DNA of 64,000 nucleotides from the human T2T-CHM13v2.0 reference genome, Homo sapiens, in assembly GCF_009914755.1 (NCBI RefSeq), contig NC_060932.1, one strand, 5' to 3'. The notes beneath the pieces are model-generated. The model did not search any database, was not told the DNA's origin, and saw only the letters and a program-made list of their open reading frames with translations. The position numbers and the translations under genes were made by a program. The number at the start of each line of letters is the position of its first letter. The stretch's first letter is position 1. This document shows, piece by piece, positions 27,501 through 41,302 of the stretch.

Positions 27501-30378
27501 AAATTCTAGGGAGATGTTACTTTTAATATCACAGTGGGTGTACACACATAATGTACACCCACTGTGATATTACTTGTAATACACTAGGGAGATATTACTC
27601 CTAATATCACAGTGGGTGTACAACATGTGTGTATTCCATGTGATATTACATGTACTATCCTAGGGAGATATTACTCCTAATATCACAGTGGGTGTACAAC
27701 GTGTGTGTATTCCCTCTGATATTACACATAATATCCTCTGGAGATTTTGCTCCTAATAAAACAGTGGAAGTATACCCTGTGCATGCACCCTGTGAAATTT
27801 CTCGCAGTATCCTAGGGAGATGTTACTCCTAATATCACAGTGGGTGTACAACATGTGTGTATTCCCTCTGATATACATAATATCCTCTGGAGATTTTGCT
27901 TCTAATAAAACGGTGGGAGTACACCGTGTGCATGCACCCTGTGAAATTTCTCACAATATCCTAGGGAGATATTACTCCTAATATCACGGTAGGTGTACAA
28001 CATGTGTATATTCCATGTGGCATTACATGTACTATCCTAGGGAGATGTTACTCCTAATATCACAGTGTGTGTACACCATGTAATGTTACTCGTAATGTAT
28101 TAGGGAGCTATTTCTCCTAATATCACAGTGGATGTACACTATGTTTATGCACTCTGTGATATTACTTGTAATATCCTAGGAAGATATTTCTACCATAATC
28201 ATAGTGGAGGTGCACCATGTGTGTATACCCTGTGATATTCCTCGTAATATCCTAGGGAGATATTACTCCTAATATCACAGTGGGTGTACACCATGTGTTT
28301 ACACCCAGTGATCTTACTCTTAATATTACAGGGAGATAGTACCTGTAATACTAGGAATATATCACTCCTAATACCATAGTGGATGTTATATTACTCATAA
28401 TATCCTAGGGAAATATTGCTCTTAATATGTCAGTAGATGTACATCCTGTGATATTACTAGTAACACACTAGGGAGATATTACTCTTAATATCACAGTGGG
28501 TGTACACCACGTGTATACAACCTGTGATGTTAGGAGTAATTTTCTAATGACATATTACGAGTAATATCATAGTGGGTGTGCACAAAGTGTGTAAACCCTA
28601 TGATATTACTCGTAATATTTTATGAAGATATTGCTCCTAATATCACAGTGGGTGTGCACCCTGTGATATTACTTGTAATATTCTTAAGAAATATTACTGT
28701 TAGTATCACAGTGGGTGTACATCCTGTTTTATTACTTGTAACATCCTAGGGAGATATTACTCCTAATATCAAAGTGTATGTACACAGGGTGTTATTAATC
28801 ATAATATTCTAGGTAGATATTACTTCTAATATCACAGTGGGTGTACACAATGTGTGTATAACCTGTAATATTACTTGTAATATTACAAGTATTACAGCTG
28901 TGTACACCCACTGTGATATTACTTGTAATATCATAGAGAGAGACTACTCTTAATATCCCAGTGGGTGTACACCATTTGTGTACTCCCTGTGATATTACAC
29001 ATAATATCCAAGGGAGTTATTACTCCTAATATCACTGTGGGTGTACACCAGTCATGTACACCCACAGTGATATTACTCATAATATAGTACGGAGATATTA
29101 CACCTACTATCACAGTGGGTGTACGCATACATTTTAGGGAGATATGTCTCCTAATATCACAGTGTACACCATGTGTGTAAACCTTGTGATATTACTCATA
29201 ATATCCTAGGGAGGTATTAATCCTAATATCAAAGTGAGTGTACACAATGTGTACTATGACATTATTCATAGTATCCTGAAGAGATACGACTTCTAATATC
29301 ACAGTGAGTGTACACCCTGTGTGTACAAATTGTGAAATTATTAGTAGTATTTTGAAGAGATATTACTTCTAGTATCATGGTGGGTGTACACCTTAAGTGT
29401 ACAACCTGTGATATTATTCATAGTGTCCTAGGGAGATATTATGAGTAATATCACAGTGGGTGTACACACTGTGATATTACTCATAGTATTCTAGGAAGAT
29501 ATTACTCCTAATATCACAGTGACAGTGGGTGTACACACTCTGATATTATTCATAATATCCTAAGTAGATAATAGTCCTAATATCACAGTGGGTGTACACC
29601 CTTTGATATTATTTGTAGTATCCTGGGGAGATATTACTCCTAATATCACAGTGGGTGTATGCCATTTTGTATTATTCATAGTATCCTGGGGAGATATTAC
29701 TCCTGATATCACAGTGGGTGTACACCCCTGTGTTATTATTTGTAGTATCCTGGGGAGATATTACTTTTAATATCACAGTAGGTGTACACCTTGTAATATT
29801 TTTTGTGGTATCTTGGGGAGATTTTACTCCTAGTATCATGGGGGTGTACACCATGTTTGTACAACTTGTAATATGACTCACAATATCACAGGGAGATATT
29901 ACTTTTAATATCACAGTGGGTGTACACCCTGTGATATTACTCATAATATCCTAGGGAGATGTTACTCCTAGTATCACAGTGTTTTTACATCATGTGTGTA
30001 CTCCCTGTGATATTACTCATGATATCCTAGGGAGCTATTACTCCTAGTATCACTGTGGGTGTACATCCTGTAATATTACTCATAATATCCTAGGGAGATA
30101 ATACTTTTAATATCAGAGTTGGTGTACACCTTGTGTGTGCACCCTGTAATATTACTTGTAATATCTTACAAAGATGTTACTCCTAATATCACAGTGAGTG
30201 TACAGCCTGTGATATTACTCATAATATTCCTAGAAAGATATTACTCCTCATATTACAGTGTGTGTACACCCTGTGATATTACTGGTAATATTCTAGGCAG
30301 ATATTATGCCTAATATCACAGTGCATGTATATCAGGTGTACATTCTAGGGAAATATTACTCCTAATATCACAGAGTGT

Positions 30379-33072
30379 ACACCCACTGTGATATTAAGAG
30401 TAATATCTCCCTAAGATATTATGAATAATATCACAAGGTGTACACACATGAGGAAAACCCACTGTGATATTAAAAGTACACACAGGGTGTGCACACCCAC
30501 TGTGATATTTGCAGTAATATTGACAATATTATGAATAATATCACAGGGTGTACATTCACTGTGATATTAGCAGTAATATCAAAGATATTTTGGATAATAT
30601 CACATAATAATGCCACTGTGATATTGCAGTAATATCGAAGATAGTAGTAATGTTAAAGATATTATGAATGATATCACGGGGTTTACACACATGTTGTATC
30701 CCCACTGTGATATTTGCAGTAATATCCTTGATAGATATAGTGAATAATATCAGAGTGTGTACCCCCAATATGATATTAGCAGTGATATTGAAGATATTAT
30801 TAATAATATTACAGGGTGTACCCCACTGTTACTCCTGTATTACATGATATACACCCAGGGTGTATACCCACTGTGACATCAGCAGTAATATCATGGATAT
30901 TATGAACAGTATCACAAAGTGTACACACGAGGTGTATTCCCACTGTGATATTAGCAGTAATATCATTGAAGATATTATTTTTAGTATCATAGGGTGTACA
31001 CCTACTGTGACATTAGCAGTAATATCATCAAAGATATTATAAACAGCAATATCCCTCTAATATTTGTAATATGCAGTGTTCACACACTGTGATATTAATG
31101 AAAAATCTCTGATATTTATAATATCCAGTGTTAACAGTGTTTACACGGTAAGATATCAACAAAATATTGCTGTGATATTTATAATATTTAGTGTAAACAC
31201 ACTGGGATATTAATGAAATATTGCTGTGATATTTGTAATATCCAGTTTCCCCATACTTTTTACATACTGTGATAATAATGAAATATCGCTCTGATATTTA
31301 TAATATCCAGTGTTTACAGACAGTGTTTACACAGTGATATTAATGAAATATCACCCTGATATTTATAATGTCTCGTGTTTACACACTGTGATATTAATTG
31401 AATATTGCTCTGATATTCATAATATCCAGTGTTTACACAGAATGTTTACGCACTGTGATATTAATGAAACATTGCTCTGATATTTGTAATATCCAGTGTT
31501 TACACACTGTTATATTAATGAATTATTGCTCTGATGTTTATAATATTCAGTGTTTACACACTGATTTTAATGAAATATTGCTCTGATATTTATAATATTC
31601 AATGTTTGCATGCAGTGTTTACACACTGTGACATTAATGAAATATCCCCGATATTTGTAATATCCAGTGTTTACACAGCATGTTTACACAGTGTGATATT
31701 AATATGTCGATCTAATATTTATCATATCCTTTGTTTACACAGTGTTTACACACTGATATTAAATATTGCTCTGACATGTATAATAGCCAGTGTTTACACA
31801 CAGTTCTTACACAGTGTGATATTAATGAAATATCACTCTGACATTTATAATATCCAGTGTTTACACACTGTGATAGTAATGAATTATTGCTCTTATAATT
31901 ATAATATCCACTGTTTACACACAGTGCTTACACAATGTGATATTAATAAAATATTGCTCTGATACTTACACTGTCCAGTATTTACATACTGTGATATTAA
32001 TGAAATATTGCCCTATTTATGATATCCAGTGTTTACACACTGTGATATTAAATATCACTCTGATATTTACATTATCCAGTGTTTAAACACAGTCTTTACA
32101 CAGTAATATTAATGACATATCACTTTGTTATTTATAATATCCAGTGTGTACACACTGTAATATTAATGAAATATTACCCTATTTACAATATCCAGTGTTT
32201 ACACACTGAGATATTAATGAAATATAGCCCTGATATTTATAATATCAAGTGTGTACACACTGTGATATTAATGAAATATCACCCTGACATTTATAAAATG
32301 CAGTTTTTACACACTGTGATATTAATGAAATATCACCTTGATATTTGTAATATCCAGTGTTTACACACTGTGATATTAATGAAATATCACCCTGATATTT
32401 ATAATATCCAGTGTTTACACACTGTAATACTAATAAAATATCGCTGTGATATTTGTAATATCCAGTGTTTACACATTGTGATTTTAATGAAATATGGATA
32501 TTACTACTAATATCCAGTGTTAACACACTGTAATATTAAAGTGTGATTATTCACAGTATCACCAATATTACTACTGATGTCCAGTGTTAACACACTGTAA
32601 TATTAAACAGTGTGATATTATTCACAATATCACCGATATTACTACCGATGTCCAGTGTTAACAAACTGTGATATTAAATACACTGTGATATTATTCACAA
32701 TATCACTGATATTACTTCCGATGTCCAATGTTAACACACTGTGATATTAAACAAACTGTGATATTACTCACAATATCACCGCTATTACTACTGATGTCCA
32801 GTGGTAACACACTGTGATATTAAACAGTGATATTATTCACAATATCACCGATATTACTACTGATGTCCAGTGTTAACAAACTGTGATATTAAACACACTG
32901 TGATATTATTCACAATATCACCGATATTACTACTGATGTCCAGTGTTAACACACTGTGATATTAAACAAACTGTGATATTATTCACAATATCGCCAATAT
33001 TACTATTGATGTCCAGTGTTAACACACTTTGATATTATTCATGTTATCACCGATATTACTACTAATATCCAG
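30379..33072. repeat. Terminal satellite domains (inverted A-like, then about 54-bp and about 72-bp derived units)
   Basis: Inverted units from about 30380. TAATATCCAGTGTTTACACACTGTGATATTAATGAAATATCRCYCTGATATT at about 31050-32500. ACTACTGATGTCCAGTGTTAACACACTGTGATATTAAAC...TTCACAATATCACCGATATT at about 32510-33072. Confidence 0.8.
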
Positions 33073-33159
33073 TATGTGTTATGTTAGCTGACAAATGTTT
33101 CTGGATTAGTGGTGAAACTTGCATTTTCAGGTTTTTTAGATAACTATCTGTTTATTGGA

Positions 33160-33696
33160 GTGGTGGTTTTTAAAAAATGGCTACACAAAGATTTTGACAC
33201 TCTTCCCATCAAGTGGCAGGGTCTGTCTCCCCTCCCTTGGATCTGAGCAGGCTTGAAACCAATTAGTAGAGATGAAGTGATGTGCTGAGATTTCTGCAAC
33301 TAGATCATAAAAGGCGGGTAGCTTCCATCCTGTTCACTGGAACACTCATGCTCTGATCTGTCATGTAAGAAGTCTGACTATTCCGGAACCACCATGATGG
33401 AGAGAGTACTTATAGGCACTCAAGTCAACAGTCACAATTGAACTCCCTGCTGATGACCGACATCAACAGTCATTTGTAAGCGAGCCATTGTAGATGGCCA
33501 GCCCAACCAAACCTTCAAGTAAGGATAGCCCCAGCAAACATCCATCTGCAACCACGCAAGAGACCCTCAAGTAAGAAATGCCCACAGAGCCTTTCTCGGG
33601 CTCCTAATTAACAAATGTGTGAGCAAAACAAATGGTTGTTAGTTTACAAAACTAAGTTCTTGGGTAAATTGTTATACAGAGATAGTAATCGAAAGC
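33160..33696 (+). mobile_element. Old MaLR LTR (MLT1-like)
   Basis: TTTGACACTCTTCCCATCAAG...CCCCTCCCTTGGATCTG near the start and an MLT1-like end CTAAGTTCTTGGGTAAATTGTTATACAG. Confidence 0.65.
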
Positions 33697-34140
33697 ATTA
33701 TGGTTTGTGGGCTGTTATGCTAGGAGGGGACTGAATGAAACGGAATGGAAGAGGAGAAACCTGTGTCAGACATTCCTAAATTGGCTTGTAAATCAGAATC
33801 TTGTGGGAATTTGTAGAGTCTTTAAGTCTTAGGTGGGCCCAGGAATGTTTATTTTAAGAATAATCTCCTGTAGAAATGCTAAACTACTTGTGTCACAATA
33901 GTAGTAAATGGACAATTCAAAAGGACATAAATTTTTTCTCCCTCCACCATGGGATTCCCTTCTGTTATTTTTTTTCAAAGTTTTCCTGAATATTTATTTC
34001 TCCAGTGAATTCAAGATCACTTTGCCATGTTCCTCCCAAAATCTTGTCGCTCTTTTGATTGCGATCCCATTAACTGTATAGGTTAATTTATGAAGAAATC
34101 ATACGATTCAATACTGGTGTTCTTATCCTAGAATACAGTT

Positions 34141-34998
34141 CAGATGCTCCTTGATTTATGATGGGATTACATCCCGATAAATCCATTGTAAATTGAAAAT
34201 ATCGTTAAGTTAAAATGCACTTAATACACCTAAGGTACCGAACATCATAGTTTAGTTCTGCCCACCTTAAATGTGCTCAGAAGACATATTAGCCTGCAAT
34301 TGGCTAAATCATCCAACAGAGCCGATTTTATAACAAAGTGTTGAATATCTCATGTAATTTAAAGGGTACTATACTGAAATTGAAAGTCAGGATGCCTGTA
34401 TGGGTAGTGCGGTGTGAACCCAAAATAACTGAGACAGGTCTCAGTCAATTCAGAAAGTTTATTTTGCCAAGGTTAAGAATGTGTCTGTGACACAGCCTCA
34501 GGAGGTCCTGATGGTGGTTCTATACATTGTAGGGAGACATGAGACATCAACAAATATATGTAAGGTGTACATTGGTTCGATCTGGAAAGGTGGGATGACC
34601 CAAAGTGGGGATGGGGGCATCCAGGTCATAGGTAGATGAGAGACAAACGTTGCATTCTTTTGAGTTTCTGATAAGCCTTCCACTGAAAACACAATTTACA
34701 GGAATAGTCACTTAGGCCTTAGTCTCTTAGTGAAACAATATGGCAAAGGAAGCAATCAGATAAGCATTTGTCTCATGGTGAGCAAAGAGAGGACTTTGAG
34801 TTCTGTCTGTTCTTTGTTCACAAGGAATTTCCTTGTGGCCTAGTGATATTTGGGGTCCCAAGATTTATTAGTGAGTTCCATTTGGCTTAGTGGTTTGGGG
34901 GTCCTGAGATTTATTTTCCTTTTTCAATAGTTTCTACTGAATGCATATGACTTCTCCACCACCGTAAAGTCAAACCCTGGTAAATTGGGGACCATCTG
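34141..34998. mobile_element. Tigger-family MITE (MER47A-like) split by an LTR
   Basis: Terminal inverted repeats CAGATGCTCC... and ...GGGGACCATCTG followed by TA. The body resumes after 34926. Confidence 0.75.
34413..34926 (-). mobile_element. Solo MER4-group LTR
   Basis: TGTGAACCCAAAATAACTGAGACAGGTCTCAGTCAATT...TTATTTTCCTTTTTCA resembles a reversed MER4 LTR. Confidence 0.75.
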
Positions 34999-35571
34999 TA
35001 TGTTCCGCTTTCTCCAAGTGTCTCTACATGTCCCTTGGCAGGGCTATACCATGTCCATCATATACATCCTACCTATTTCTGTTAAGGTCTATCATAGGTG
35101 TGTTAAGCAATGATTGCAAATGGGATTTTCTACCACTTCTAGTTAATTTTTAATTGATATTTCCTATAGGAAAGCTGTTTTTTATGTTTACTTTGTAATC
35201 AACCACTTACTGAATTACCTTATCTCTGATGGTTTCTCAGTTGATTCTCTTTTGTTTAATACACATCATCTGAAAATCATTTGACCTCCCACTTTCCAAA
35301 TTGTATACTTCATTTCTCTCCCTTGCTAATTACATTGGCCAGTGCTTCCACAATACTGTTAAATTGTCAGATACGGTGGGAATGCATGTTTACTAATGCC
35401 TTTCATTTCCAGTTTGGCAACTCATACCAATGAAATCTGATACAAGCAACCCACAATCAGCACCAGGGGTACCACTGACATATGACACCACCTTTATCAG
35501 CTTACTTCTTCAACCTGGCCTTGATACATAGCCCTCATTTTCATGATCCCAGTGGAATAAGAGGTCAGTAA

Positions 35572-36034
<463 letters not shown>

Positions 36035-36227
36035 AGGAGAGGTCAGTCTTAAAGGCCTAAGTGATGACACACAGCAGAGGCTAAGAGGAAGTGCTATCTC
36101 TCATCATTTACTTCTTCCTTGTCTCTCTGCTACTGGAGAATGGCGTGGAGAAATCAGGCTCTTAGAGATGAGTATCAGCCTTCTCCTCTCGCCTGCTTTG
36201 AAGAGTGTTCAGGGAGCAAAAGGGTTC

Positions 36228-37210
<983 letters not shown>

Positions 37211-37354
37211 AACAAATGGACTCCATCTCCACTGCGCTATTAAGTGGGCAAGATTATTAACTGACCCAGCGGTTCTTTCCTCCCCTTCCAAGTCATAACA
37301 GCAGAACAGTTTTCAAGGAAAGGTCTAACCAAGCCAGAAGTGGTTGAAAATGTA

Positions 37355-37360
37355 TTTATT
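37355..37360 (-). terminator. Distal polyadenylation signal AATAAA of DUSP4
   Basis: TTTATT on the plus strand at the edge of the unique UTR-like region, preceded on the sense strand by U-rich sequence. Confidence 0.75.
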
Positions 37361-40322
37361 TTTTTCAAATGATCTTTTTCAAGCAATAAATAAAACCAGA
37401 CATATTGACTTCTAAAAAACAAAACCAAACAAAAAAAAAATCCCCTAAACTATATACATCCTACAGGAATACAGGCATTATCAAATGTAGAAATGGTATC
37501 ACTCTGAAAGATGGGGCTATTTACACAAGTTACAAGAATTGCGTTGCTGTCTTTAAGAAGTCTCCTCCTTGAATAACTCATAAACTCTAAGGGAGAGAGA
37601 GTACTGGTGGGGAAGCGGGGTTCAAAGAGGAGACATCCTCCATCTTTATTGATGGACAAGACAGTCTCAAGGAAAAACATCAATATCCAAACACCGTATT
37701 GAGTCCCTTAACAAGGCTCCACAGATCAGCTGGCTTTCAAAAAGCCTGGAAGGGTGCTCCACTCAGGAACTCCCAAGAGAAACCATCTTGTCCCTCAGCC
37801 AGGCTGGGACTGGCAGTGAGGCCATGCTGAGCCAGTGGCAAACCCGTGGCTGTGGTTTCCACAAGACAACCTGGCTCTGTGCTGTCACACCCAGCCTCCA
37901 ACAGCGCCTTGACATCCAAAAAGCATGGCAGTTTCCCAAGCTCGGCTGCACAGGGAAAACACCCGGGGAGCTACGAAACACACTGATGCCTGAGTCCCCC
38001 ACCTAGAATTGGTTGAACTGGTCTAGGAGAGCCTGGGTATCAGAACTGTATAAGTTCCCCAAGTAATTCCAATGCGGGACCATGGCTTTACTACTACAGG
38101 CTTGGTTGATGGCCAATTCCCAATCTCCAGCCTCTTCCTGTCATGTTGGAGTCAACTATCCTATGTCCCTCTCTCCATCTTCCCAAGATTTAAAAACCTT
38201 TCTCATGGCTTCCCAAATTGGAAAACTCTCTGGAATCCAGCGTGGATGAGCAACTGAACAAAATGGCTTTGGGAGGGAATGATGGGAGCTGGGGCCTACC
38301 AGTCACCTGCTCTTCAGCCTAATACTGCTCTGTGGGAAAACTTGGTCCATTTCCCCCAGGGCTCCTCAACACACACCCCTGGGTCAGACGTTCTGGGAGG
38401 GAATAGGCAGCATTCCTCACTCTACAGAACACCCAATGAGCATCCTGTCTTTCATGGCTAATACCAAAGTTGACAATCAATGAGGGTCAATGCTTTCCTG
38501 TCATTACAGAAACTTCCCATCACCAGAATCCCTTCATGGGAGGGATGGATGCCTGTTGAAACTCACTGACCTATTGGACTGACGCTGGGGTGGTATCTTC
38601 ATCAGAGCTATTGTAAGTCATCCAAAAGGCTTCTGACGAAAGAACAATTTTTAAAAAGTCCCTCTTTTCAATCAAGCCAATGTCCTATTTTATTTCTAAA
38701 AGTTTTGGGACTCGTGCTGTTATCAAGTACAATGAAAATGGCTTTATAAATAGCTGTTTTGACATTGTGATAGAAGGCTTGAATTCGGAGGAAAGATGTC
38801 GCTGGAGCTAGTCCTGAGTTCCGACTGTCCCTGTGGTGGGAATCCAGTCTGGGAAAGCAGGACTGTTTTAGCAAACGTGTACTCGTTCTATAAAAATGGA
38901 ATCTGTTCTGCAGGTTACCGTCCCTCCCCGCCCAAGCATCCCCTCTGTCCTGTCTCTCTGCTGCTGGGACCCAGGGCTTTTTCAGCTGCAGAACCCACTG
39001 GACTTCCAGGAATCAAGGAAAAAGTGGAAATGTCCAACTGTGTTGTCTCTAAATGGTTCCATTGTCTGGGAACTGAAACCCTCCATGCTTCACCCTGAAC
39101 TGTTATTTCTAGAGGAAGCAGGGAGCCTCTGGCTCTTCTAAAAATTGCCAGTGGGAGCTCTGGCCTCACCCACAGGCGGAGCTTGGTGAAGTCAGGATGA
39201 ATGATGCCGTCACAGGTTCATGGTTCATGGAAGGAAAGGTAACCAACCTTGTCCTGTCTAGGATGCCAGATGAGAAAGAGTATCCCAACGTGACGGTGAC
39301 ATTGAGGCTTGACGTTATTTATGGGTGAGCAAGAATGTTCATTAGATGTAGACTCTCAAAGGGCTAAAAAAAACCATGCTCTCACTTCTAGACAAGTTTG
39401 CAACAACCTCTAAGCTGGCACTCCATAACAAGACTGTTCCACAATACTACAAACAAAATAGCATGTAGCTTGTTCCCTCCTCCCTCCCCCCCAAACCCTC
39501 CCCACAGAAAACGTGTCTCCCTCCAAAGCCATTCTCCATTTAGAAAGGCCCAACTAAGGATTCAAAATGGCACCCACGTGCCGACGATAGATTCAAAATG
39601 GCGCCTGCGTGCCCATGACGCACGTCACGGGAGCCAGCGGCCAGCCCCCTCACCAGCAGTCAGCCCCAACCCCACCCTGGCGCTTTGATTTCCAGTTTGG
39701 GAAATTCATACCAATGGAATCCGATGTAAGCAATCCACCATCAGCTCACTGATGCTCTCTTGCCCTTCCACACTTCGAGAAGACCTGAAATGTGGTGTCC
39801 ATTCCCCTCTTTATTCAAAAGAGGACCTTCAAAAATATTCACCTAACTAGGAATTTAAAGAACACAAGAAATTGTTGGTATATTTCACTTCAGGTAACTG
39901 CCCTAAAATTAAAACCTCCAATTTATGCAAAAAAAGAAAAGATGGTGCTTCAATTTACAAAAGGATTCATTTCAGGGTTATCTCTAGTTGTCTGGTTTCC
40001 CCAATGGCTGGCCTTGCCAAATGATTTGCTGTAGGAAAATTTGAACTGCACCCAATTTTCCAGGAGCACCTTAGTGTAATATGGCATATTGATCACAGAC
40101 GATAGACAAGTCTTAGGCAGGTTTATGCAAAAAATGCTGCAACCACCCAGTGATCATCGGAGGGAAAAAAGCTTGACTTACTGTGGTCTAAAATTGCTTC
40201 GGTGGCCTACATGCCCATGAACCAGCTTCAAAAGCAATTCACATTGGTCATGATGACACACACCTGCAGTCCCAGCTACTCAGGAGGCCGAGGTGGGAGG
40301 ATCTCTTGAGCCCAAGAGCTTG

Positions 40323-40562
40323 AGATGAGCCTTGGCAACATAGTGAGATGCTGTCTTTTTTTTTCTTTTCTTTTTTTTTAAAAAAGCAATTCAAACCTAA
40401 TTCTTCCCTTTCTTCCTCCTCCCACCCAACCCGCCTGCTTCTCAAGATGAGCCTTGGCAACATAGTGAGATGCTGTCTTTTTCTTTTCTTTTTTTTTTAA
40501 AAAGCAATTCAAACCTAATTCTTCCCTTTCTTCCTCCTCCCACCCAACCCGCCTGCTTCTCA
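40323..40562. repeat. Tandem duplication of about 120 bp in the DUSP4 3' UTR
   Basis: Copies at 40323-40444 and 40445-40562 are identical except for T-tract length. Begins within an Alu monomer (about 40245-40360). Confidence 0.95.
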
Positions 40563-40751
40563 GTGGCAACAAACTCAAGTTGCTCATCATGCTACCTTGC
40601 ACATATCTACAAGACACCATTTACTTCCTAACTGCCTTGACATCTGCATGCTACGGTGCTCAGCTGTTTGACATCAACATAAATATATTCTAAATCCACT
40701 GTAACTAGACTTTTTGTACTTTCATACTCTGAAGAAAGTCTTAATAAATAC

Positions 40752-40757
40752 TTTATT
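40752..40757 (-). terminator. Proximal polyadenylation signal AATAAA of DUSP4
   Basis: TTTATT on the plus strand about 550 nt after the stop, in an AU-rich context. Would give an mRNA of about 2.2 kb. Confidence 0.6.
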
Positions 40758-41302
40758 ATTAAGCATAATTATTCATCTGTTGGTGACTGAGAAATGAAAA
40801 CCACACCTTCGAAGATTTCTTTTAAAAAATGAAATTCCTTTAACTACAACAACGACAACAAAGGGACAAGTACACAGAACCAGGCACTTCTGGGAAACTT
40901 GTCTTCTCATCCCTTTGCCCTCCCTTCCTCCCCCTTTAGTAAAGCTGGTTGGGCACATTTGCTAGGATCTGTGGGTTTCATCACTTCAAGCCTTACTGCT
41001 TAAAAAAATGAGGTAAGAAATTTCTATCGGAAAAGTGAAACTGACACATAAACCAAACCAAGGTCTTCCCTGGCTGCTGCGGCAGCCGTTATTGCTCTAA
41101 GTTGGAGTGTTCTGTTTGCTTTTATTATGTATTCGGAGTCCTTATTGCCATTCTGGCTGGCCTCGTCGTTGGCCAAGGAGAAATGATGGGGAAGGAGCTC
41201 GGTCGCCTGCTCCCAGCTGCTCAGTCCCAACTTTCTGCCCGCATGCGGCCCGTCCTACCCTTGCTGGGAGCCAGCTCTGGTTCTGGGGCCCCCAGGGCGG
41301 CT

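Larger units (their letters stand above)
17400..30378 (+). repeat. Satellite domain A' (forward; split by the HML provirus)
   Basis: Returns to the CCTAGGGAGATATTACTCCTAATATCACAGTGGGTGTACAC unit at 17400-18938 and 24961-30378. Confidence 0.85.
33960..35395 (-). mobile_element. Ancient L1 (L1M-type) fragment interrupted by later insertions
   Basis: Degraded antisense L1 ORF2-like sequence on both sides of the DNA transposon at 34141-34998. Confidence 0.5.
37340..41302 (-). other. DUSP4: DUSP4 long 3' UTR (about 4 kb; 3' end approximate)
   Basis: Repeat-poor sequence from the stop codon to a distal AATAAA (plus-strand TTTATT at 37355-37360), after which Alu-rich DNA starts. Confidence 0.75.

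Noticed and set aside
25152-32526. ORFs with 18-21-aa periodic Cys/His repeats resembling zinc fingers or LRRs
   Set aside because: The periodicity follows the 54- and 63-bp satellite units, which are multiples of 3. There is no real domain spacing.
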